Notes: a model not told the origin generated them from the sequence alone. A DNA stretch of 34,512 bases from a virus (IMGVR_UViG_3300012232_000033:1-34512); one strand, 5' to 3'; positions 18,201 to 26,467 are shown, counted from the first letter of the stretch. Numbers and translations: made by a program.

Positions 18201-20034
18201 CGACGAAATTCAACACCACGTTGGTCAGCATTCCCGCGTTCGACATTGGCACCGTGCCGCTCACGAAGACCCATCCATTGCTCAAGCAACTGGTGTTCGT
18301 GACTGCGTTAGCCCATTGCAGCGTGCCCACACCTGACAAGCTCCAAGTGATGTTGTTATTGGTGGCTGCGTTGGCCCCGCGACAGAAGAAGCTGAAGTCC
18401 CGACCCTGGCTGGCGTAGTTGCTCACTATGACCGACACATGCGAGGCAAGAGCCTGTGTTACCACATGGGTCTTGCTGTAGGTGCAATCCAGAATAATTG
18501 TGGCCGCACTCGCGTAGTTCTGCACGGTGTTAGAGACAACTAGCGTCGAAGTGTTCACCCCACCCGCCGCCGATAGCGTGTTGGTGATGCTGGCGCTCGA
18601 CGCCGCAATGGAACTTCCAACCGTCACAGCGCCACTGATCGCCACCGCACCCGTAGATGTTAAACTGGCCACAGAGACCGCGCCTCCGATGGTTGTGGCT
18701 CCGCTGATCGCAACGGCTCCAGTAGAAGTAAGGCTCCCGGCAGAGATCGATGAGCCGGCAGTGATAGCCCCATCAAAACGCGCTCCATTCGTAACCCGCA
18801 GAGAATCCACAGAAGTAAGCCCGTTAATGGATGCTGTGCTACTGATTGCTACTGCGCCTGTGGATGTAAGACTGGCTACCGACACCGCGCCGCCGAATGT
18901 CGAGGTCCCATCATGTCTGGCGGCATTGGTGACCCGGAGCGAATCAACCGATGTGAGCCCCCCTATGGTCGTGGCTCCAGTTGTGGCCACCGTGCCCGTA
19001 GAAACCAAGCTACCAACTGATACAGAACTTCCCGCAGTAATCGCGCCGTCGAAGCGTGCTGCATTCGTGGTACGCTGCGAATCCACCGAGGTAAGTCCAC
19101 CAGCAGTTATGGTCGAATCGAACCTCGATCCATTCGTGCTGCGCACATTGTCAATCGAAATACCGTTCGCCGTCACCGCACCATCGGCCCGCAGCGTGCT
19201 TTGAAAATAAGCCGCCCCTACATTGGTAACGATCCCGAGGTGCGTCACCGCCCCAGTGGCGTAAAGAATGTTTGCGAAAGTAGTTCCCTGGACGTTCAAA
19301 GTGGACTGCAAGTATTCAGCCCCAAGATTCGTGGCGATATTAAGCGTAGCCCGCGTGAAGAGGTTGTTCGTTCCGCTACCGCTATTTGTGGCTATTCCGG
19401 TTCCACCACCACCACCAAGCAAGGCGATCTCCGTCTGGACGTATGCCGTTGTTGCGACACTGGTATCGTTGTCATCCTCTGCGGGGGTTGTAGCCGTCGC
19501 AGAAGACCCCAGGACAACAGAGCTATTAAACCTCCCCGCTCCATCGAAGAAAGCGGGGCCATCGAAAATATTACTGTCCCCGGAAGAACGAAAATAACTC
19601 TGATTGAAAAAGTACGTGTCTGCGCCACCCGAGTTCAACACAATCGTGTTAGCAACGGGAACATCGTTGAAGTACACCGAGCTTTGCAGTATGCTTTCCC
19701 AGGAAAAGATGCCCGGAGTGTAAACGCCGGCGCGATTCGTCTGCACTCCCACAAAGTCCACCGTCCCCCGAAACAGGGAAGCATTAGTGCTCTCCGAGCT
19801 TCCGAAAGACCCTCGACCAGCGTTATTCCACGCCCCGAGGTTCGTTCCGCCACCGGCCGGGATCGTTAGCCCTCGGATGCTCTGATTTGTAGTCAATGCC
19901 CCGTTCTTGATCCACGAAGACGAACTACTGGTGCCGAATTGGTTCGTATTAAACGAATAGAAAGACGGACTCGCTGCGATTAACAAAAGCGCGGCGGCTC
20001 CGGTCAAAAATGCTATTACTGTTTTTTTGTTCAT
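18193..20034 (-). CDS. Tail-fibre-like repeat protein with N-terminal signal peptide
   Basis: Start ATG 20034 (TAATG overlap). MNKKTVIAFLTGAAALLLIAAS signal, phage-fibre motif ATATTPAEDDNDTSVATTAYV, and repeated GLTSVDS-x-R-x-TN-x-ARFDG / SLTSTGAVAIS units. Confidence 0.75.
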   Translation of the reverse strand: MNKKTVIAFLTGAAALLLIAASPSFYSFNTNQFGTSSSSSWIKNGALTTNQSIRGLTIPAGGGTNLGAWNNAGRGSFGSSESTNASLFRGTVDFVGVQTNRAGVYTPGIFSWESILQSSVYFNDVPVANTIVLNSGGADTYFFNQSYFRSSGDSNIFDGPAFFDGAGRFNSSVVLGSSATATTPAEDDNDTSVATTAYVQTEIALLGGGGGTGIATNSGSGTNNLFTRATLNIATNLGAEYLQSTLNVQGTTFANILYATGAVTHLGIVTNVGAAYFQSTLRADGAVTANGISIDNVRSTNGSRFDSTITAGGLTSVDSQRTTNAARFDGAITAGSSVSVGSLVSTGTVATTGATTIGGLTSVDSLRVTNAARHDGTSTFGGAVSVASLTSTGAVAISSTASINGLTSVDSLRVTNGARFDGAITAGSSISAGSLTSTGAVAISGATTIGGAVSVASLTSTGAVAISGAVTVGSSIAASSASITNTLSAAGGVNTSTLVVSNTVQNYASAATIILDCTYSKTHVVTQALASHVSVIVSNYASQGRDFSFFCRGANAATNNNITWSLSGVGTLQWANAVTNTSCLSNGWVFVSGTVPMSNAGMLTNVVLNFVDE

Positions 20035-20372
20035 TATACCCAATTCGTATTCGTTCCTTCACCGACAGTTTTCCACCAGATAACGTTATTGGTGGTATCC
20101 AGGCAGATCGCAGGAATCGCAGTCGCAGTAACAACCCCGTTCGGGTCGCCGGCGTTGGAATACACACCCGAGATTCCGCTTACGTCGCCGACGCTTCCGA
20201 AGGTCGCGTCCTCATTAAAAATGCGAAGAAGCTTCTTCAGCATGTGGTTAATGCCGTCGTTTTGCCGGTATAGATTTTCTGCGCTCACATCAAACTCCTC
20301 TGCCAACTTCCGAAGGATTTTCTTCAGTATGGCGTGGTTGGAATCGCCGTTTATGTATCGAACTTCGGCCAT
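20034..20372 (-). CDS. Small virion-associated protein with a duplicated D-x5-L-K-K-(I/L)-L-R motif and a fibre-type C-terminal motif
   Basis: GDSNHAILKKILRK and NDGINHMLKKLLRI, then GDPNGVVTA...WWKTVGEGTNTNW. Confidence 0.7.
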   Translation of the reverse strand: MAEVRYINGDSNHAILKKILRKLAEEFDVSAENLYRQNDGINHMLKKLLRIFNEDATFGSVGDVSGISGVYSNAGDPNGVVTATAIPAICLDTTNNVIWWKTVGEGTNTNWV

Positions 20373-20375
20373 AGT

Positions 20376-21914
20376 TTAGGGGGCCTTCTTGTAGATAAAT
20401 GAATTGAAACTTGTGCCGCTGTTGGCGTAGGGCTGCCCGCCTATACTTACTTCTACGCTCTGGAAACTCCCCGCCGCGATTATATAACCCTCCGAGTCAA
20501 CGGCGAGACATGCGACTGAGTCCTGCCCCCCGCCGCTGATCAACTCTCCTGATATATTCTCTCCATCCGAGTTGTATTTTGCTATGAACCCTTCGTAAGA
20601 TCCCAGTCCGGGAAGAACTCCGCCCCCGAAGTCCACAGAAGCGCCCACAATTCCCGCCACAATAACGTTGTCGTTTGAGTCCGCCTTGATGGCAGTGGGA
20701 TTATCATGCGACGCAGAACCAAAGCCAAAAGACCAAACATGGCTTCCGGCTGAAGTATACTTCGCCACTGCCACCTGCGCGCTTCCCGCCGCCCTGGCGG
20801 GATTTATTTGACTCCCTCCAAATAAAACCGGCCCAAATAGGTCACTGTAAACCGCGGTCAGAAGTATGTTGTCGCTTCCATCTACTGCGACCGCATAACC
20901 CTTGTCAGTGTAATACCCGCCATAAGAATCTGACCAAACATGTGTTCCATCATTACTAAAGACAGCAAGAAATACATCTCCGCTTCCAATAGTAACAAGT
21001 GTATCTCCACCAAAATTTATAGTCGCGCCAAAATACCCTGTTATTATGACCCGGTCGTTTGAGTCGGTGGCTATACCGGAAACACTGACCCCCCCTGGAG
21101 CCGGAAATGTCTTTGACCAAACGTGTTCTCCGCTGGAGTTGTATTTAGCAACGAAGGGATGCTGACCGGTCCAAGCTTGCCCTAACCATTCTCCCCCGAA
21201 ATTAGCATCCTCCGAGAAATACCCCCCGATAAAGATGTTGTCCGAAGAATCGACGGCCACAGAATACAGGAGGTCGCCGTAAGAACTTTGCCCACCGTAT
21301 CGGTTGGACCAGACGTGATCGCCGTCGGCATCAAACTTGGCCACGAATATATCATAGCTACCTAGGCTCTGAAGATCTCCTCCCCCGAAATCCAAATTGT
21401 TTTGAAAATGTCCGCCTATGATAACGCTCCCCTCGGAGTCGGCAGCAACACCGTTTAGGGTGGCGGAGGCTGGGAAGACAAACCGCTTCGCCCATTGACA
21501 AACTCCGTCGGAGGAAAACTTGGCCAGGAAAAGAGCGTACTGGCGGGGGCTGGAACTTAGAACCCCCGTTCCGAAATTTATCTCTCCAGAAAAGAAGCCC
21601 CCAACGATTACATTGTCGTCGGCGTCCACCGTTCCAGCCGTTATTTGATTTATGGCCCCTGCAAAAGTCTTCGTCCAGGCGGGATTCCTTCGCGCGAGAC
21701 CTGAAACGGCTCCACTCTTGTCGACGGCCTGGACCTCGACCGGCATATCGACGTTAGACCCAGTAGTGAGGCTTGTGCCGGTTCCCGGAATCTCCTGGTA
21801 AAGGACATTGCCGCGGTAAACCCGGTAAGAGTGAAGGCCGGAGCCGACATCCGAGGGTGCGGTCCAGGAGACTGCGGCCCCGTTTACTACTATGCTGCGT
21901 GGATTACTAGGCAT
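20376..21914 (-). CDS. FN3 domain plus SBBP-like beta-propeller protein
   Basis: Start moved to ATG 21914 (MPSNPRS), after the LamG stop. VSWTAPSD...YRVYR FN3 domain, then about 7 repeats of (V/I)AxDSxxNxIxxGxF...DxFxAK(F/Y)xxxGxxxW. Confidence 0.8.
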   Translation of the reverse strand: MPSNPRSIVVNGAAVSWTAPSDVGSGLHSYRVYRGNVLYQEIPGTGTSLTTGSNVDMPVEVQAVDKSGAVSGLARRNPAWTKTFAGAINQITAGTVDADDNVIVGGFFSGEINFGTGVLSSSPRQYALFLAKFSSDGVCQWAKRFVFPASATLNGVAADSEGSVIIGGHFQNNLDFGGGDLQSLGSYDIFVAKFDADGDHVWSNRYGGQSSYGDLLYSVAVDSSDNIFIGGYFSEDANFGGEWLGQAWTGQHPFVAKYNSSGEHVWSKTFPAPGGVSVSGIATDSNDRVIITGYFGATINFGGDTLVTIGSGDVFLAVFSNDGTHVWSDSYGGYYTDKGYAVAVDGSDNILLTAVYSDLFGPVLFGGSQINPARAAGSAQVAVAKYTSAGSHVWSFGFGSASHDNPTAIKADSNDNVIVAGIVGASVDFGGGVLPGLGSYEGFIAKYNSDGENISGELISGGGQDSVACLAVDSEGYIIAAGSFQSVEVSIGGQPYANSGTSFNSFIYKKAP

Positions 21915-21918
21915 GGCA

Positions 21919-22710
21919 TTAAGGCAATAGACCAGCGCCAGAGTTATAAAGAACGTCCAAATCTGCATTACTTAGCGTGCGGTTTAAATAGATACGGGCG
22001 GGTCCGAGCCGTCCTGCTAAAGGTCCAATCTCAAACCGACGTGTTTGATCGACGTGTATGGGCGGGACTTCCGCATCCAGACATGGGGCGGGGATGTTTA
22101 CCGAGGTAGAATTAACACGCAACGTCATCATTACATTATTGACTGGGTGGCCTAGGATAGACGGGCCTCGATACGCAGCCGCTACAAAATACCATTGATT
22201 TAGCGGAGCAGTGAGTCCCGTTATGGAAACTTCGTTAGCGTATTCCGTTTCCTCGTCCGCGAAGTACCCTACCTGTTGTCGAAACGTAAGCGTAGATCCG
22301 TCCCATGTGTAGCTTATTTTCGCTTTGTTTGAATGACCATTGGGTACTTTCCAAGTAAACAGATCCGCATCATCGGCCGGAGTACCTAAATACAACCAAC
22401 CCACAAACGCCCACGGATCAACGATAGAATCGAAGGTCAGTTCGTGCTGCGACTGCAACAAGCCTTCCGTGCCGACGAACTCGCTAGAAAACTCGTGAAC
22501 GTGTCCCTCCGCTTGGGCAGAATAAGGCGCGCTGGCGAAAACGAAATGGTGGTCTGCCACAGTGGCGTCAAACCGTTCGTTTCCCGCATCCTCATCCTCT
22601 TCTAACGCGAGATAAGACCAGAGTCCTATGTTAAGGTTCTGCAACGAGCCCGCGCCGAACGGGTATAGACTGTCCGGTGGGTAATACGGAATGGGCTCTG
22701 TTCCAGTCAC
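21919..22710 (-). CDS. LamG-like domain protein
   Basis: LNQWYFVAAAY...MTLRVN...ARIYLNRTLSNADLDVLYNSGAG. GTG start, no signal peptide. Confidence 0.7.
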   Translation of the reverse strand: MTGTEPIPYYPPDSLYPFGAGSLQNLNIGLWSYLALEEDEDAGNERFDATVADHHFVFASAPYSAQAEGHVHEFSSEFVGTEGLLQSQHELTFDSIVDPWAFVGWLYLGTPADDADLFTWKVPNGHSNKAKISYTWDGSTLTFRQQVGYFADEETEYANEVSITGLTAPLNQWYFVAAAYRGPSILGHPVNNVMMTLRVNSTSVNIPAPCLDAEVPPIHVDQTRRFEIGPLAGRLGPARIYLNRTLSNADLDVLYNSGAGLLP

Positions 22711-22729
22711 GCTGGTATTGTGTTTGGGC

Positions 22730-23026
22730 TTAGTTGTATGCTATGACCGTCCCGCTCGCCAATGTGAAGCCAGTGATTGCACCGTACAAACGGTCACCAG
22801 CCGCCAGGGCGGTGTCTTGAGCGAGATCTTCAACATTGCTCGTGATAGCCGAAAAGACAGAATCCTCCTTGGCATAAAGTTGAGTCCAATCCCCCGTGTG
22901 AGCGCTGGTGTCTGAAAACTCCGATCCGCCGTTGATTCCCACGTTGGAATTGAGTCGTCGGAGTATTTTTGTCAGCGTTTTTTCGGTGCTGTCGTTGACG
23001 GACGGTAGTGTATCGTTATTAGGCAT
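22730..23026 (-). CDS. Small virion-associated protein (D-x5-L-x-K-I-L-R motif plus small beta domain)
   Basis: 98 aa, PSVNDSTEKTLTKILRRLN ... GFTLASGTVIAYN; starts 1 nt after the upstream stop. Confidence 0.7.
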   Translation of the reverse strand: MPNNDTLPSVNDSTEKTLTKILRRLNSNVGINGGSEFSDTSAHTGDWTQLYAKEDSVFSAITSNVEDLAQDTALAAGDRLYGAITGFTLASGTVIAYN

Positions 23027-23027
23027 A

Positions 23028-24314
23028 TTAAACGCGGTTAACCCGCAGGTAGTAACTGTTGCTGGTGGCTGAATCTACGAAAGCACCTTTAGCCGTAATC
23101 TTTTTCGCATAGACCTTGATGGTCGCGGCTGTGGCCACCGTTACGAGTGTGGTCAAAGTTACCGGCATGTACTGGTCGTTTGCTGTAAAGAAAATCCTCT
23201 TCTCTGTCTCCGCGTAGTCCACGGCGTCGGTTTCGTTATGAAGCTTGAACCAGACATCCGGGGAAAACGGATTCGAGGAATAGCACTGGACTGTCGCAGT
23301 TACAACGTAGGTACCGGGCATCGGGAGGATGAGATCGATCTCGTTGGTTCCGAAGTCGACGGCCGTGTAGGCATCGGTAATCTCGAAATCAGCCCCGGAG
23401 CCCACGAAAGGGGTCGCAGGGACCAACGGGCCGAAGCCCGAGACGAAAACCTTGGAGCCGGAGGCGATGGCGGTTGTCTCCGTGACATTGGGGGCGTTAC
23501 TGGAAAGATTTCTAACGGTAATCGAACCACCCGAGGTGTTAGTGATCTCGTAGTAACCGCCGTCCTCGATGAACGCCTGGCCTCCAATGATGAAAATTGA
23601 GGAATCCGCGACGGAGAGGACCACGGTGGAGCCCACAGCTGGCTGAACAGCGCCCGCGGTTGTGGTTGTGTATCCGGCGATACCGTCTGCTCCGTCATCG
23701 CCAGCGGGGCCATCGTCGCCTACGTCGCCCTGTGGTCCTTCAGGGCCTTCGGGACCGACAGGACCGGTCGGGCCTTCGGGGCCGGATACCAAGACTAGCG
23801 AACCGGGTGTTACTGGATCGACGGGACTAAGAACCGCCTCGAGGAGCGCGCACTGACAGGTATTGGTCGAGCGGGAAACGACTTCGTAATAACCACTCTC
23901 CTCTACGAAAATTGTGCTACCGATAGGGACGAGAGATCCAACCTCGACCTGGATAGTGATATTTGGGGATTCCTCGGTGGGTTGGTCGAAAGAAGCGGAA
24001 GTGAAAGTAAATCCGGCTTGACCGTCTGCGCCGGCCTCACCATCTTCGCCTTCCTCGCCTTGAAGGCCTTGGATTCCCTCGACGAGGAGGCGCTGAAAAT
24101 AACAAAGAACCGGCTCGTCTTCCAGTTTGGGGTTGTCGGGAAGTCCGGTATCTAAATCACAAGGAAGAACCCAAACAACCGACCCATCGACGACAGTCTT
24201 CTCCAGGTTTCCCAGGAGCAGTGTGACAAAATTATCGAGAACCGAGGACAGGGGTTCATTCTCGGCACTTATCTCTGCGCCTTCCTCGCATGGATTGCAA
24301 CTTGAACAACTCAT
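23028..24314 (-). CDS. Collagen-like fibre protein
   Basis: Two Gly-X-Y tracts, each followed by a homologous domain (F(V/I)E(E/D)(S/G)GYYE). Begins MSCSSCNPC and ends in a beta-sandwich. Confidence 0.8.
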   Translation of the reverse strand: MSCSSCNPCEEGAEISAENEPLSSVLDNFVTLLLGNLEKTVVDGSVVWVLPCDLDTGLPDNPKLEDEPVLCYFQRLLVEGIQGLQGEEGEDGEAGADGQAGFTFTSASFDQPTEESPNITIQVEVGSLVPIGSTIFVEESGYYEVVSRSTNTCQCALLEAVLSPVDPVTPGSLVLVSGPEGPTGPVGPEGPEGPQGDVGDDGPAGDDGADGIAGYTTTTAGAVQPAVGSTVVLSVADSSIFIIGGQAFIEDGGYYEITNTSGGSITVRNLSSNAPNVTETTAIASGSKVFVSGFGPLVPATPFVGSGADFEITDAYTAVDFGTNEIDLILPMPGTYVVTATVQCYSSNPFSPDVWFKLHNETDAVDYAETEKRIFFTANDQYMPVTLTTLVTVATAATIKVYAKKITAKGAFVDSATSNSYYLRVNRV

Positions 24315-24454
24315 TCGGCTCGAACCCGATTTAACGCGCGGTCTTTGTTGGCCCTATACCACGCCGCCGCCTTCGCACGAATGTCTACCTGATGCTCCAG
24401 GTAATACCTTCTTCGCTCAGGCCGACGTTCTTCTGCGGTCTTCTGCCTAGCCAT
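24311..24454 (-). CDS. 47-aa basic protein, possible HNH N-terminal remnant
   Basis: Hand translation MARQKTAEERRPERRRYYLEHQVDIRAKAAAWYRANKDRALNRVRAE. TAATG and ATGA overlaps at its two ends. Confidence 0.6.
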   Translation of the reverse strand: MARQKTAEERRPERRRYYLEHQVDIRAKAAAWYRANKDRALNRVRAE

Positions 24455-24633
24455 TAAACAGATTGGGTGGGTGCCGTATAGGACTCGTAGCTGCGCTCCG
24501 CCAAAGCGAAGACCTTGTTCCAGTCCTCAAGCGTCGGGGCGTCCTTGTTGAAAATCTCCGCGATGCCTCGCGCGACGGCGGGGCCGTATTTCACGAGTGC
24601 GGAGGCGATTATTGCGACGGTGGTTGGGTCCAT
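24454..24633 (-). CDS. 59-aa hypothetical protein with hydrophobic N-terminus
   Basis: Hand translation MDPTTVAIIASALVKYGPAVARGIAEIFNKDAPTLEDWNKVFALAERSYESYTAPTQSV. TAATG overlaps on both sides. Confidence 0.75.
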   Translation of the reverse strand: MDPTTVAIIASALVKYGPAVARGIAEIFNKDAPTLEDWNKVFALAERSYESYTAPTQSV

Positions 24634-24983
24634 TATGGTCCTCGTGTAAAGGTTGAAATGAGGAGAACGAGTTCGCCTGCTGCGGCCTCTGTGGCTTGCA
24701 ACGCGGTTTCGAGAGACGCCTGTCCCTCCGGTGCGGACTTAGCGGCGATGACAGCCTGCTTCAAAGTAGAAATACTCGCCTGGTATTTACTGTAGGCGGA
24801 CTTAACGACCACTTCGTCCCGCGGCGTAGCTTTTCCGGCGCGGACCCAATCGCCCCAGCCCTTCATGGCCCCGTCGACGGTTACCGCCGTGGTGCCGATG
24901 GTTTTGTAGGCAACGGTTTCGAGGTTGGCACAACCAACCAGGAGAAAGGCTCCGAACGTTACTAGACTGAAAAGATACTTCAT
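24633..24983 (-). CDS. Lipoprotein (possible o-spanin)
   Basis: MKYLFSLVTFGAFLLVG-C lipobox followed by a helical mature part. Confidence 0.75.
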   Translation of the reverse strand: MKYLFSLVTFGAFLLVGCANLETVAYKTIGTTAVTVDGAMKGWGDWVRAGKATPRDEVVVKSAYSKYQASISTLKQAVIAAKSAPEGQASLETALQATEAAAGELVLLISTFTRGP

Positions 24984-25294
24984 GGCGTGGTGGAAAAGCT
25001 TCGATTGTATAGATTTGTGTTCAACACGAGAGACCCTTTCTGTGCGGCGGACTTCGACGAAAGCCTGTCGATCTTGCTTTCCATTCGGGTCTGGGCCTGT
25101 TCTACCGAATCGAACCTCTGCTCGACACGTCTCAAGACCTCGTCTCCCAGTTTTTGATTCGCGGACTTGTACTCGTCAAACTCTCGCCTCCCTATACTGT
25201 TCTGCTGTAGGAAAACTATGGCTCCTATGCCAATAGCTATTCCCGAGCGCCATATAGTCAAGGTTGACCAAAACTTGTCTTCACTGCGGCTCAT
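24980..25294 (-). CDS. Single-TM coiled-coil membrane protein (i-spanin- or holin-like)
   Basis: Start ATG 25294 (MSRSEDKFW). Hydrophobic GIAIGIGAIVFL then heptads VEQRFDSVEQAQTRMESKIDRL. ATGA overlap with the lipoprotein. Confidence 0.65.
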   Translation of the reverse strand: MSRSEDKFWSTLTIWRSGIAIGIGAIVFLQQNSIGRREFDEYKSANQKLGDEVLRRVEQRFDSVEQAQTRMESKIDRLSSKSAAQKGSLVLNTNLYNRSFSTTP

Positions 25295-25448
25295 CTTTGG
25301 GTATAACGGCTTCCTCAATCCTTGCGAGAATAACCGCGGAAGCTTTAACGAACTTCAAGCCTCCTGCTTTGACGGCCGCGTCGATAATCGCGGCCAGGTA
25401 TTTTTGTTCTGTATCGTTGAGTTTGACGGAGATGGTTTTTTCTTCCAT
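25281..25448 (-). CDS. 55-aa protein, probable fibre-associated/chaperone-like
   Basis: Hand translation MEEKTISVKLNDTEQKYLAAIIDAAVKAGGLKFVKASAVILARIEEAVIPKDEPQ. Starts 3 nt after the upstream stop and fills the gap. Confidence 0.7.
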   Translation of the reverse strand: MEEKTISVKLNDTEQKYLAAIIDAAVKAGGLKFVKASAVILARIEEAVIPKDEPQ

Positions 25449-25451
25449 TGA

Positions 25452-26459
25452 CTATGTGACTAGCAGACCGGCGCTGACCAAAACGCTCTCCAGGAACTTC
25501 ACGCGCTGCGCGAGTTGCTGGGTCGTTACGTTGCCGGTGTTGAAGGCAGTGGTGGAGTTGGAGGTTCCGGCCATGGCGGTCACGGGAGTAAGCGTCTTGC
25601 CGACGATTTCCAGCGTGTCCGTAGTACTCCCGTAAGGGTCCGTACTGACATAGACGTTAGTAGCGTAGACGGCCTGGCATCGGACATTGCCGAGTGTGTC
25701 GACTATAAAACGGTCGACGAGCGGGCTATCCTCAAGATCAAGGACGGCATCGTTGCCAGTAACCGAAATCTTGATTACGGGGCGCTCGGTATTGTTGTTA
25801 AGTGCCTGCCCATGATCGTTGAGATCGAAATGCAGCAGTGCTTCAGGAAAATTTACTGTAGAGTTGTTCCAGTCGCGGTTGACCTGGATCGCACTCCCGA
25901 ACTGGTCGTCGAATTCGACATTCGCCCAACGGTCAGAGTACCATCGCGCACCACAGACGGTGTTGATCTGTTTTTCAACAGACCCAATAGCCTTGTCCTC
26001 GTCGCCGAGGGGAAAAAAACCGGTTTGATCAATTTTCCACTGATCTGCGCTGTTCCAGTAAAATCGAAGTTCGCGCTCGGTATCTGCGCCAATACTGCCG
26101 AAACGGGGAATCTTATCGCTGTCGATCCATATGGAAAAACCAACGTCCTGTGCGTCTGCCGGATCGATGGTACGGTAAACATTAAACGAAGGGCTAAGAA
26201 CGGAAACGGCGCTTCCGTCCGGTGTCTTGATGAAAGCCCCGACCTCGGGATAGGACGCATAGGCGTAGACCTGCCAAAATCGGCTGTGATCGAACTCAAG
26301 CTCGCGTGCCTCGGCGTCCCACGTAAGGGCGGAAGCCACGCCGGGGAGTTCACCGATCACGCTGAGTTCGAAATCGTCGAACTGCATGATGTTCTCGGCC
26401 GAGTCCCAAACTAGGGGGGCAACCGCGCTAATATGATCGCCTTGTCGAATTTGACTCAT
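25452..26459 (-). CDS. Head fibre / decoration-like protein
   Basis: First gene after the capsid gene, with TAGGA RBS. C-terminal TTQQLAQRVKFLESVLVSAGLL resembles head-fibre trimerisation ends. Confidence 0.55.
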   Translation of the reverse strand: MSQIRQGDHISAVAPLVWDSAENIMQFDDFELSVIGELPGVASALTWDAEARELEFDHSRFWQVYAYASYPEVGAFIKTPDGSAVSVLSPSFNVYRTIDPADAQDVGFSIWIDSDKIPRFGSIGADTERELRFYWNSADQWKIDQTGFFPLGDEDKAIGSVEKQINTVCGARWYSDRWANVEFDDQFGSAIQVNRDWNNSTVNFPEALLHFDLNDHGQALNNNTERPVIKISVTGNDAVLDLEDSPLVDRFIVDTLGNVRCQAVYATNVYVSTDPYGSTTDTLEIVGKTLTPVTAMAGTSNSTTAFNTGNVTTQQLAQRVKFLESVLVSAGLLVT

Positions 26460-26467
26460 AAAATCCT

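Noticed and set aside
18590-19150. Repeats in the fibre gene as a possible CRISPR array or DGR template/variable pair
   Set aside because: The repeats are in frame and diverge at synonymous positions. There is no constant repeat-spacer pattern, no adenine-specific variation that I could see and no reverse transcriptase in the window.
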